A stretch of DNA of 64,000 nucleotides from positions 745,643-809,642 of the forward strand of contig NMRA01000155.1 in the NCBI GenBank assembly GCA_002633005.1, in the 5' to 3' direction. The notes under the pieces are model-generated. The model had not been told where the DNA came from, did no database searches, and saw only the letters and a list, made by a program, of their open reading frames with translations. Below, in pieces: positions 52,765 to 64,000 of this stretch. This stretch comes from Phoronis australis. Lineage: Eukaryota; Animalia; Phoronida. Each line of letters begins with the position of its first letter. Position 1 is the first letter of the stretch. The position numbers and the translations under genes were made by a program.

Positions 52765-53500
52765 TAATTAGTACCATACAGTGTGAAAATCAAACAGGCT
52801 TTATTAAAGTAGATCGTTTGTCTTGGAAAATGTCACATCTACCACCAAATAAAGAGTCAGGAATGCTTATCCCTCAATCGAAATTTTCAAGAAGGGGGCG
52901 TTCAAGTATATTGAAATGGAAATATCTAATTTTCAGAAGCTGTGTATCGTTGGCTCTTTTGTTGCTTTAGTACTCACAGGTTTCAATTTTGTTAGGCGCA
53001 CGCATGGTTTGTGTGTATGTTTGCTTTGTCTATTGTACTTTGCTTTGTATTTTCAACAAATGCGACGTAGATACATCGGCGACAACACCTGAAACATGTA
53101 CGATCTGATGCAGTATGCCTTCTTGTCCTAATCGACTTAGAATAAGCGTTCAATTCAATTTCATCGAAATGTATGTTTAACTTTAGAGAGAACTTTGTGG
53201 ATTCGTCTTCTAAACTGAATGAGGGATCGCGACTACCTATGATCCAGCATAATTTCACCTCCAAATATTTTGAAGTCGGTTGCAGATGTCGACATGGAGA
53301 CCCAATCTCTCCACATCTTTTCACAATATGTGCTAGGATAATGGCTTTAGTGTTTATGCAAATCAGGAAAGAGACGTTATCTCCATGAGGACCAGATCTC
53401 ATCAGATTAAGAAATATGCCAACGACAGAGTTTTAACTCTGGATGGATCCAGTGGTTCTTCTCAAAATCTCTCGATGTTTTGGACCGATTCTACAAAGTT
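52765..53500 (+). mobile_element. Decayed L1/Tx1-type reverse transcriptase fragment
   Basis: ENQTGFIK; LVLIDLE*AF (DFEKAFD-like); GCRCRHGDPISPHLFTICA (GCRQGDPLSP-like); YAND (YADD-like). Confidence 0.8.
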
Positions 53501-56164
53501 AATTATATGTGCAGGGACCTATTTCTTCGGGTGAACTTGGTCCTAACCCAATTCTGTTCTATGGGAATTCAATTAGAAGCCAAAAAGTGTGAGAGATCGA
53601 CCGCCCGAGATTTTAGTACGCGATGTACCATTTTACTTTAGCTATAAGCACTTGCATGAGTAAAGTTCGACCCTCAACTGAACATTGGTATAGCAAATAA
53701 CCAAGAGACATGATTAAAAGACACGCGTAAATGCATATGCATGGCACCGTTTGGATGCCTGTCATGAACCAAACAAGACATTTCTATTTAGACTTTTTGT
53801 CCGGCTACGGGATACTTTGCTTTGAGGTATAATAGTTTTACTCTTAAAACATTTTGAATTTGGTCCTAGAGTTTTAACCTTGAACTTGAAATTGTTTTGG
53901 AAAAGTTCGTAATGGTTTCAGTCATATACCAGTTAACCGACTGAATACCTCACCGAGTCCTAAATCTTCTAATGGTCTTTGCTAGTCCATGTAATTTTAC
54001 AAAATCCGCCTATTAATTCCCGAGTGGCCAAATCCTCCTTCAAAACCCGGCAATCTGAAAGTTACAATTACTAACCAATGCAATGTCTTGGGGGCAACTA
54101 GTTGAAAAGTGCTACGTTTTTGGACGCCATGCTTGAACTCTAAAATTACACCAAGGGCAAAGAGCGCATGCGACTAGTATGTCAGCGTACCCGGAAGTCG
54201 TGTGCTTCACGAAAGAGCAGGAGAAGTCCAGGGTCACTGGAATCGAGGATTTTTGCCAAAATGAAAGCAAAAGAAAGCAGTTCACGTAACTGAATAAAAT
54301 CATTTTTGAGAAAAAGCTTTGAACAACTGTTGAAGCATTTTGGGATATAAGTGTGTGTAATTTTATCCATTTTATTAATGCTTCATATGTCGTCGATTAT
54401 GTCACTTATAACCATAGTTCATAGACAACAGATTCGCAACTCCGACTTTTTCATTTGAGAGAAATTGTCAAAAGAGGTACCACTTTCCAGTTAATGAGCA
54501 GACGACATATTTGTCGGAAGTAAAACCGTGACTACCGTGACTCAAACAAGGCGCCGTTAGCGAACTGTCTCTTCTCGGCATGGATACTGTTGGTCGCGCT
54601 TTGTGTGTACGATCACAGATTTTGTCCATTGAGGACATACAGGCTTGGCGGTCCCGGTTCTATGCCGATCCAGTCTATGCTTTAACGCACAAACAAGCCG
54701 GCTGTGCGGGTATATGTTGTGCGACGTGTCGTAAGATTTTACGTGCATACTGCGGGCTCGCAAAAAGTGTAAATATTATGTTGAGACGCGCCGCAAGTAT
54801 TGTTCTGAAATGAAACACCCCTTTTCCATAGTTGCCCGAAACACATTTTTCTTTTTTTTTGCTGTGGCAGATTGTCTCTCACATTTACGCTTTCGCGTAT
54901 ATAGTGTATCTGTACATGAGCTCTGTTACTTGTCATTTTTCATGACGTGTGTCTTTACATCTCAACTACACATTTGCTGCCCACTGTAAACGAGCTTTGG
55001 AACCGCTTCCCAGTTGGCGCACATAAATATGATTTGAGTGTTACAGTATATTCGTTATGACGTCTCTACTTGCTTCTCATTTTTATATTAAGGTCGCGTC
55101 AGTGCACCAATCTGTGTGTTTATCTATTGGCCTATGTTATATTAGGTCAAGTGGTTTCTGTGTCTTACTTTTGTTTTCGCATTGGATGGTACTTTGCGAC
55201 TCCTGTTTTTACTATGTCCTCAACCCTCCCTTACCTGTCATCTTTATTTTTACGTTATTCTCAGTATTCATTTTCTCTACTTTTGGTTAATCCAGTAAAT
55301 GCACGTCTACTGGCAGATTGTTGGTTAACGCATTTAAATGACATCTTTAGTGTGTTAAGCAGTCTCAAACTAGTTCATGCCTATGTGTACAGATTGGTTC
55401 AAAACGCGCTGATCTACAGATACAAATAGACTCCTACAGTACTCATCACCCGGGATTCAACACAACCAACGTCATGATAAAAAGCAACAGAAATACTTCA
55501 TCGCATATATTTCAGTCGTTTAGCTTTGTCATTGCCCAAACTAAGCCTCCTTTGCAAACGACGTCATCGCTGCGAATGTGAACACATCAAGCACCTAAAC
55601 CAAACGTAATCAACACCCTACACCTAACTCGAAATGATAAATAATGTGAACTTAAATACACAGTCCATAACAGATCAACAGTATTGCCCGGTTGTTTTCT
55701 AGGCTTTAGGTACGGGCTGTTTCCATAGACCCTATTTGGTACATATATAAGAGATGCGGTATGATAGGTTGCTCTAAACTTATGCAGATACTAATTCGTC
55801 GTTGTCAGCACGAAGTTCGCGGACTTCAGTAACAGTATGCATATGAGCTAGACAATTTTTGTACTCACTAGTTTCCCTAGGCCTGAAATAGTGTATTTTT
55901 CAAAGAAAGTTGTTTACTCAGGTGTTTTGCCTACAGGCGCACGCACCAAAGTTTCGGTTGTAGGCACAGGTGGACCTCACGCATTGTCCTCGGCAAAAGC
56001 GCATAATCGTGCCCGTGCGAAACATTCTTACGCGACATTGTTTGACAGTCCATTTCCCAGATTAAATTATATACGATCAGTTCTATTAGTGTCCGTTGTA
56101 AATATTTATGTACCTAGTAGCAATAGTAGGTCCAGTGAAACAGAAATGTAGCTTTTTACTCGGA

Positions 56165-56802
56165 CTATTCGACAACAGTCTTCGCTATAATCTGTTTTTC
56201 GTCTCTCATCATGGTGTAATGGTCACCATCAACGTCAACAACTCGCACTGGTTTAGAGCACAAACGTTGGGTGCCATAGTCGCGCTCTTGTTTTTGAAGC
56301 TCAGCAAGAGTTTCAGATAGCGGTCCTTCTGTTAGTATATCAGTTGCAAGTACCAGCTTGACGTCTCCGTCGTAAATGGTGGAAGGAACGTAGGAGGCGT
56401 AAATATTCAGAGTTTCTCGAAACAGTGACAGTCCAACCTTCAAATCGTCTTCGTTCAAGCCTTTTTCATTCCAAGTGTTTTGAAGCCATTTCTCGTGAGC
56501 CTCCATCTGCTTTTCGGAGCTCTTCAAGATTCTCGTGTATGCTTTTGCGATTAAATCCGGACTTCCGTCAAGAATAACTAGCGTCTCCGGTCTCCGGGCA
56601 ATCTTTTGAAGCTGCAGCGCAATTTCAAAAGCTATAGCCCCGCCTGACGAATATCCAACTAGAACATACGGGGTTTCAGTGTAAAAGAAGTCCAACTGCT
56701 TCATTCGCTCTACATACAGCGAGGCAAGTTGAGGAATTGACTCGAATGGAGTACTTCCAAGCAGAAAACGGAAAGCAAACACCGGGTGCTTCTTCAGTTG
56801 GC
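56165..56802 (-). CDS. NRPS terminal exon: thioesterase domain (animal FAS-TE-like)
   Basis: Acceptor tcttccAG at 56803 is phase 1, matching the donor at 57474. GYSSGG nucleophile elbow, LDGSP and GDH give the Ser-Asp-His triad. Stop TAG at 56165-56167. Confidence 0.93.
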
Positions 56803-57474
56803 CTGGAAGACACGTAATTGCGTTAAAGAGGTACACATACATCGACAAAACATCTAAAATGCATAGGCACAAACACGTGTCACTGTTCAAAGGGGGCATG
56901 AATTATTGTCCAAAAGAACTTCGAAAAATTTTGGCGGTCACCAATCAAAACACGAATTCGAAATTTTAAGTAAGGCTTGATTAATTTTGTGCACCATGGT
57001 ATAGCATTTTACCGTGACAATGTGCTCGTTATATATGGAGTACACTTTGGAACGACGTCATATATCATGTAGCTTCCCTGTGTTCGATGGCTGTAACACG
57101 TTCGAGAACGTAGCAGTTTTAAATTACGAATATCTAATCACTCGAAATAACTGTTGTTCATGTATTTAGATCGTATTAATTGATATTTGAATTCACGTGC
57201 TAATTTTAGGGCAGTGGCTCTGAAGGGAAAGTCATATGAATATTCTGATGTTATTTGTACTAAAAAATATCATCAATTACCTCAAGACATATTGTAGCGC
57301 ACAATCAAGTGTACCCCTGACCATTACATAACAAGCTAGGCCTATTCAACATTAATAAAGTATAGTAACTGGCGTTACCGCCGTATTTGCGAAATTAAAT
57401 GACAGATTAAACTTATATAAGACTAACTAAAACATTGGCTTTCCCGTTAAAAGACAAAAGTGCACTATACTTAC

Positions 57475-60400
57475 CAACAACGTAAGAAAACGACGATACC
57501 CCACCGTCACTGGCGTGAATGTAGATGATAGGTTTTTTGCCGGGATCGCCGCTGCTTAAACAAACCAAGATGTCGCCCTCGTCCGCCTTTAATTCGGCAA
57601 CTGCGGCTATTTCTGCTAGTGTTTCGAGCTGCACTACATCCGACAGGCTAAACTGTAGCCCCCGCTTTTCAGCCATAGATACCAAGCTAATTGCTGATAT
57701 TGAGGTGCCACCGAGATCAAAGTAAGAATGGTCAAGTTTTATGTCGCCTGAGTTCATTTTCAGGAGTTTTGCCCACATGTCACGAAGCATCAATTCCTTG
57801 TCGGTCAACATTTCCATGACGTCACTGTTACCTTGCCACGATTGTTTGGATTCCGTTTGCCAGACCTCCGACGGTACTTCGGTTACTTCTTTAAGAACGT
57901 TTTTACTGACAACGGTGAAGTGAACTGGTAGAACACACACTGGTGCATGTGCCCTTCCAAGTATCGATTTGAGATCCTGCAATGTCTCAGAGGGCATGGG
58001 ATACTCGGAGGTAATGAAGGCAAATACACCTTCATTAGTTTCTGAAATAAAACAGCCTCGCAACCCTTCAATCCCATCGAGTTCCTCTGGTATTGAGTTG
58101 ACTTCGTGATCCAAAACGATTGTTACGTCACCGTTAATCTGCGATGCTGCAAGAACACCAGTGTAAACCACGTCATCATCCTTGTTGATTTGTATATGCA
58201 ACTTCCCGATAACACCGTTTGGACAAGATCGACCATGTTGATCTTTAATGCAGAGCGAGTATGTCACGTCGTCAGTTAGTGGACTTCCGACAATGGTATG
58301 TTTAGCGTCAATCTCGGCATGAATCACTGGTTTTGAGCTATCAGAAAGGAGTATCTCATCTAAAAGAATGTTCAAGTGAGCCAAAATCTGGTGGGCTAAT
58401 TCATTGCTGACCCTATTTGCGTCGTACATGAACTTAGCCATGAGATATTCGCCGTCGTCACCGAAAAGAACTCCCAAAGGCAAATCGATGTCTTCATATC
58501 CATGGATTGCAGAAAATTCGATTTCTTGGTCTTTGAAGTTTTCAAACGCTGGGTAATTTTCGTATGTAACCAGAGTATCAAGCAGATTCTGATTTCTTGG
58601 AAGACCGCTCCATTTCCGTATGTCAGCTAAATTGCTATAATCATAAGCCATTATTGCAGCTTGATTTTCGTGGATGGTCTTCAGCCATTCTATAATAGTT
58701 ACTCTTTCGTCAGAAGGCAAAGTTATGCGAAGTGGCAAGGTGTTGAGCAGTAGACCAACTACATCTTCGACTCCTTCAATGTCAGCACTTCGCGACGCGA
58801 CTACAACAGCCACGACTACGTCTTTCCTATGGCTACTGCAATACCGATCCAAAACTAATGCCCACGCGCCATACATAACAGAGGTCGTCGTTAAACTGTT
58901 TTCCCTTGCAAATTTCTTCAGAACTTCCAGCTTTGTAGAAAATGTACGCAACACCTGCTTGGTGTCACTTTCAGAGGATCCCTGATTTGTCGACAACGTC
59001 AAGATTCGCATTGGTTTCAGATTTGACAAGTACTGTGACCAGAAAGTTTGTGCAGCGGACATGTCACGGGATTTGCAATTTTCCACAAAAAAACGAAACG
59101 AAGTGGCGGGTGGGAGATCGTGAGCGTGATAAACTTTTAAAACGTCTCTGAGGACGAGCGGAGAAGACCATCCATCAACAACTGAATGATGGAAGGTCCA
59201 AATAAACTTGTGGATGAACTCGCTTGTTTTCATTAGAGCAAATCTAATTAGAATCCCGTTTGCACTGAATCCCTTCGCCCTATCTAAGTTTACAAAACCA
59301 CTCTCCGTTTCTTCAGAATCAATCCAGGATCCCACTTCCCATTGAGGATCAGACTGGCGTCTTACTATTTGAATCAAAGAATGGCTTCCGGAATCAATAA
59401 TAAAGCTCGTTCGCAAAGCTGTGTGACGTTTAATAACGATACTCCAGGCATATTTGAATCTTTCAACATCAAGCCTTCCTGTTATGTTTAAACATAATTG
59501 CACTAAATAGGACGACTTGTCTTGAAGTAAAGAAAATATTAACCCTTCTTGCAGAGGTGTACACGCGTAAATATCTTCCACGTCGTCCAAACTGATATGC
59601 GCTACTTTCAATGTATCTTCCATTGTCTTCACTTTGTTATCATCAGTTTTCAAAGGCATATCAGAAATTGTGCAGCTAAGCTGAAGTGACTCCAAGATAT
59701 TTTCTGTTACTTTCTTCCAGGATTGTGCCAATGATTGAATGGTTTTAGTCTTGTGAAGGTCTTTGCTAAAAATGAAGACGGCTTGAAGGCGTCCCTCAGA
59801 AATATAACACTCAATAGCCAACATGTGAGTGATCTTTTCGTACTTACACTGGTTGTTGTAAGTGTAATTGCCGTTTGTGCAAACATCCCACAGGCTATTC
59901 TCCTTAGAGAACATCGTGGCACTCCCGTGGTAATTGAACACAACGTCACTGTGTTGGTTAAACCTTGGATCATTGTCCTTTTTCAAGTACCTCATAGCGC
60001 CGTACGGCATACCGTTATTAGGAATTCTTTGAAGTCGTCGTTTTATTTCTTCAAGGTGTTCCAGTAAGTTGTCTGTATGATTTTTCAAAGCCAATGTGAC
60101 AGGAAACATAGCAGTGAACCAACCGACAGTTCGAGAAAGATCGAGTTTGTCAGTCCAAGGTTCTCTCCCGTGCCATTCTTGCTCAACAGTCAACGATGTT
60201 TCTCCGGTCCACTCATAGTAAGCAACAATTAAAGCAGTCAAAAGAACGTCGTTAATCGAAGGGCTATCGTTCCCATGAGTCCTTCTAAGACTCAGTAATT
60301 TGTTTGTTGTATTTTTGTCTAGCTCTATTGATTCAAGCACACGACTTGCGCTTTCGATGCTTTCCATGCTTTTCGAAAAATCGGTTTTTAAAGGACTGCT

Positions 60401-62875
60401 TTGTTCCAATGATGGCCAATCATCTGCATTGAGGCTTGGAGTATAGTCGGAAATCAGAAGCTCTGACCATTCTTTGAATGAAGAAGTTTTTGGTTGCAGG
60501 GAGCTTCCGCGACATAGTGTTTCGAGATCTTCCAGAATGATTTGCCAAGAAACAAGGTCCACAGCCAAGTGATGGATAGTTATGAACAGATACTGCCGCT
60601 GGCCAACAATGTCAAATAGACCAATCGCCAGAAGGGGACCAGATGTTAAATCCAATGAATTTTGAAGTTTCCCAAGCTCATCGTCCAGTCGGTCTTCATC
60701 AATTTTCGTGTGAATCAACTTTGGCGTTCGAGCTTTGTCACATGGTTGGATTTCCTGATTCGCACTCCCACCTTCTTTAAAAGTGTATGAAGCGCGCAAA
60801 ATATCGTGATGGGAGATAAGTTCATGAATGGCATTTTGGAGGATTATTGGGTTAACGTTCAGCAATGGTCTTAGTAGTAGTGACTGGTTGAAGCAATTGC
60901 GATTACGAAGGTTTAAGTTGACAAACCACTCTTGAATAGGGGTGAAGGGCACATTGCCCGATATCTCCTTGTTGTTCTTCTTGATGGTAGATTTTTCAAC
61001 ACCGACAAACTTTGCAAAATGTGCAAGCTGAGACAGGCTTCTGGACTGGAATACTTGTTGTACTGTAAACCGAAGTCTGCGTTTTCTTCCCTGAGAAAAT
61101 ACTCTCATGGCAGAAATAGAATCACCACCCAGAAAAAAGAATGAGTCGCTTGACTTTATTTTTGATGGTTCGATTTGTAGAACCTCACTCCATATTTCGA
61201 TCAAAATTTCTTCTTTTTTAGTCAGTATCTCGATGTCACTAACACTGGGTTCAGGCAAGCTTTTATAGTCAATCTTTTCTGAGCTTGACATAGGAAATTC
61301 TGACAAAGGAACTATCACTGATGGAACCATATAGCGAGGTAGTTTGTCTTGTAGATTTCTCTTCAGTTGAAAAACGCCAGCACTTCCTATGTCTGGTGTT
61401 ACGTATCCCACAAGAACGTCATTTTTCACGACAGATGCTGCGTTTGAAATTCCATCCTGCATCCTCATAACATGCTCGACTTCATCGAGTTCTACACGGA
61501 AAGCTCTTAATTTAACTTGCCTATCTTTGCGACCTGCCACTATAATTTCTCCATTTTCAGTCCAAGAACCTAAATCACCCGAATTGTAAAGTTTTCCCTC
61601 GCCAAAGGGGTTGTCGATGAATTTCTGTTGTGTCAAATCCGGCCGCTTTACATATCCTCTAGCAACCCCATTTCCGCCAAGGTACATTGTACCTTTCACT
61701 CCGATGGGGACTGGCCTTAAGTTGTTATCTAAAATGTACACTGAGCAGTTGGTAATAGGTTTTCCAACAGTAACTTTGGAGTTTCCATTTGTCAGCCCCC
61801 AAGTACACACAATCGTTATTTCTGACGGACCATATTCATTGTAGAGCTCTACGTGCTTCTCCCACTTATTGACTACAGACTCTGGGAGTATTTCGCCGGC
61901 GACTATCACCCTTTTGATATTTGGAAAATCACTAGGTTCCAGAGAGGCAAGCACAGAGGGCGACATCAACGCTACGTCAACTTTCTTCAAAGTATGAAGA
62001 AAGTTCTTTTCTCGTTGAACCAGTGTCGCTCCACTGGTTAAAGTCATTAGCATCTCTTGATAAGCGACATCAAACATTATGTTGAAAAAGTGTGTTACTC
62101 TTGTTCCATGAGTGATACCGTACTTTTTGCATGATCTAGCAATCAGACATTCACAGCCCCAATGATTAATCATAACCCCTTTGGGTTTCCCTGTTGTTCC
62201 TGAAGTGTATACAATATATGCCAGATGTCTTGCATCAGAAACGTTTTCCAAATTGGCGTAGTCATTATCATCAAATGCATCACTTTCATAGCGTGTAGTA
62301 TACTTTTGTAAATCAACCAGCACAATTTCCCCTTGAAAGGAATCGAGAACTCCTGTTGATTTTACTTTGCTTGTGGTAACAACTACTTTACAACCGGCGT
62401 CCTCGAGCATCAAATCAACACGACTTTTCGGAACAGTCGCTTCAATTGAAAGGACTGCGCCGCCAGATTTCATAATTCCTAAGACAGAAGTAACGAATTC
62501 TAAGTTTCTGTCAAATACAGCGCCGACTATAGCGTCTGGAACGATCCCAAAAGAACGCAATATCCGTGCCAATTTGTTACAGGCTGCGTTTAAGCTTCTG
62601 TACGTTATGTGCCTTTCAATTTCTTCAACTGCAATACTGTCTGGTACAAGCTCTGCTTGTTGTTCAAATTGCTGGTGCATGCGAAGCTTGCAAAAATCTC
62701 CCGTCCTGTTAAACGATTTAATAAGGGCTGACTGACATGGTGGTAGCAAGTCTAAAGAGCTAAAAGGCGTGTCTTGGTTTGATGTTAGCACATCAAACAA
62801 GTGTAACAAATTGTGGCTCATTCTTTGTATGGTAGAACGGTTGAATATATCAGTGTTGTATACGAAATAAACCCG
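57475..62875 (-). CDS. Nonribosomal peptide synthetase, main 5.4-kb exon: [C end]-A-T-E-C-(vestigial A)-T-TE start
   Basis: C-end: YNTDIFNRSTIQRM. A: YTSGTTGKPKG, FDV, NEYGPSE, SGDLG, GRKDRQVKLR, KIDY. T: FFFLGGDSI. E: PIQEWF, HHLAVDLVSW, EWHGRE, RTVGWFT, FNYHG. C: EDIYACTPLQEG, HHSVVDGWS, YENYP. T: YFDLGGTSI. TE start: PIIYIHASDGG. Donor G|GTAAGT at 57474. The frame is open 18 codons upstream of the ORF-track Met. Confidence 0.96.
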
Positions 62876-63162
62876 CTAGGACGTGAGTTCGAGTCTTCGA
62901 CAGTTGCATTTTCTTCCTGTTTGACACGTTCTCCGTGTTTTTTTTGCCTTTTTTTCTTGGATAATACTTCAGGAATCAAGGAAAATGCTTGATTTTTAGA
63001 GGTAAAAACAGAAAAATTTCCTGGGCGGGAGGGGGCAAACCGCCCTCCCGACCTCCCCCCATTCGGTGCTATGCGCATCTACAATCGTGGTTCAGTTTGC
63101 GCAAATGCTTCCAGCCGGACAAAATGTTGGCCCCCCCTTGTGATATCCTAGATCCAACACTG
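62873..63162 (+). mobile_element. 5'-truncated copy of the tRNA-headed/hAT-TIR repeat; left part of the insertion in the NRPS
   Basis: Closely similar to 24222-24479; B-box-like gagttcgagtc; ends gatccaacactg. Confidence 0.75.
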
Positions 63163-63937
63163 TGTTAATGCTTGTATTAATGAGCTTAACAAGCTTGCAA
63201 TTGAAAGAACCGTCAATATACGCTGGGTCAGGGCCCATGTGGGAATTGATGGTAATGAGAATGCAGACAGACTCGCAAAGATAGGAGCAAGCGTTCTGCA
63301 TTTTGTGCCTGAACCTGCTATCCCGGTATCTTACGGATGTTGCAGGATGAGTATACGCAACTGGGTACATACACAGTCATCTTACGGATGTTGCAGGATG
63401 AGTATACGCAACTGGGTACATACCCAGTCAGCAGCCCAGTGGGCATCACTTAACTTCTGCAGAGAGACCAAGGAGAATTTTCCCAACGTGATTGAACCAA
63501 AGGTTCGAAAAACTATCTGAGTCTAGATAGATTGGGTATAAGACACGTCAAATTTTGACGGGCCACTGCAACCTAGCCCGACACAGACATATTACTGGGC
63601 ATATGGGGAGTCCTGTTTGTTTTGAGTGTGGTTTTGACGTAGAATCTCCTAAATACGTGGTAGAGTCTTGCCCAGCTTTTTATAGGCTAAGGAGCAACCT
63701 ATTGGATGGCACTGTTACATGCCTAAAACATATAGTGCATGGCAACAAATGGAAACGTCTGTCCGTTTTCCTAAAGGAGACTGGCAGACTTGAAAACTTT
63801 CTTCACGGGGGAGCCCTAATTGAGCTCTCGTGCTTTTGCTCAGGTGTTTTGTGCAATGGGCCAAACCATGAGGCCTGCACACGTCTGATGCAAATGACAT
63901 CAGACCACCTGCACTGTTTTTTTGTTTTTTTAACCCT
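63163..63937 (+). mobile_element. 3' fragment of an RNase H-containing non-LTR retrotransposon (I/Loa-like)
   Basis: WVRAHVGIDGNENADRLAK (RNase H); LTGHCNLARH..CFECG..CPA (C-terminal zinc-knuckle region); FLKETGRL. It has two frameshifts and a 51-nt tandem duplication. Confidence 0.88.
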
Positions 63938-64000
63938 AATAAACTCTGAACTCTGGTTTCAATGTTCTTGTTGGTAACAGAAACAGAATCCTATCACAGT
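63938..64000 (-). CDS. Probable upstream continuation of the NRPS condensation domain beyond the insertion
   Basis: The open frame CDRILFLLPTRTLKPEFRVY joins VYFVYNTDIF in frame through the duplicated aataaac. Only about 20 codons are visible. Confidence 0.5.

Noticed and set aside
54100-54830. Possible tailoring gene or piggyBac Cys-rich tail downstream of the NRPS
   Set aside because: Short broken frames with no convincing motif.
57413-57474. ORF-track ends of the NRPS (C-terminal KYSALLSF..., N-terminal MPPLNS... of the 244-aa ORF, Met at 62821) implying two separate genes
   Set aside because: The extra ends are intron read-through. Splicing 57475 to 56802 gives one continuous TE, and the frame is open upstream of 62821.
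57525-62735. Many plus-strand ORFs overlapping the NRPS
   Set aside because: Antisense shadows of a long coding frame; no motifs.
56165-62875. NRPS as bacterial contamination
   Set aside because: It has a phase-matched spliceosomal intron and an adjacent repeat shared with 24222-24479, and there is no operon-like gene density. A eukaryotic mis-join across the gap cannot be fully excluded without reads.
4604-62875. Functional cluster linking the nAChR (as target or self-resistance gene) with the NRPS
   Set aside because: They are about 48 kb apart, separated by unrelated genes, transposons and a gap. Proximity is the only evidence.

Overview
This is AT-rich, intron-containing animal genomic DNA, probably from a marine invertebrate; nothing suggests a prokaryote. 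Four spliced genes can be reconstructed by hand with phase-consistent GT-AG junctions. (1) The first two coding exons of a nicotinic acetylcholine receptor subunit (minus). (2) A complete 5-exon secreted LamG/ConA-like + PAN/Apple protein, head-to-head with the receptor, with start codons 327 bp apart. (3) An uncharacterised multi-exon protein with a low-complexity N-terminus and a beta-rich C-terminal domain (minus). (4) The highlight: a multidomain nonribosomal peptide synthetase (minus) with the order [C end]-A-T-E-C-(vestigial A)-T-TE. Its thioesterase is split by a spliceosomal intron and resembles the animal fatty-acid-synthase TE. Its upstream C domain is interrupted by a ~1.07 kb chimeric retro-insertion flanked by a 7-bp direct repeat. 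The rest is transposon debris (hAT with 5-bp TSD, MITEs, THAP relic, L1/Tx1 and RNase H LINE fragments, a spliced integrase-type transposase, a Helentron-like element, tRNA-headed repeats), microsatellites and one assembly gap. All family calls come from motifs recognised by eye, not from database searches.
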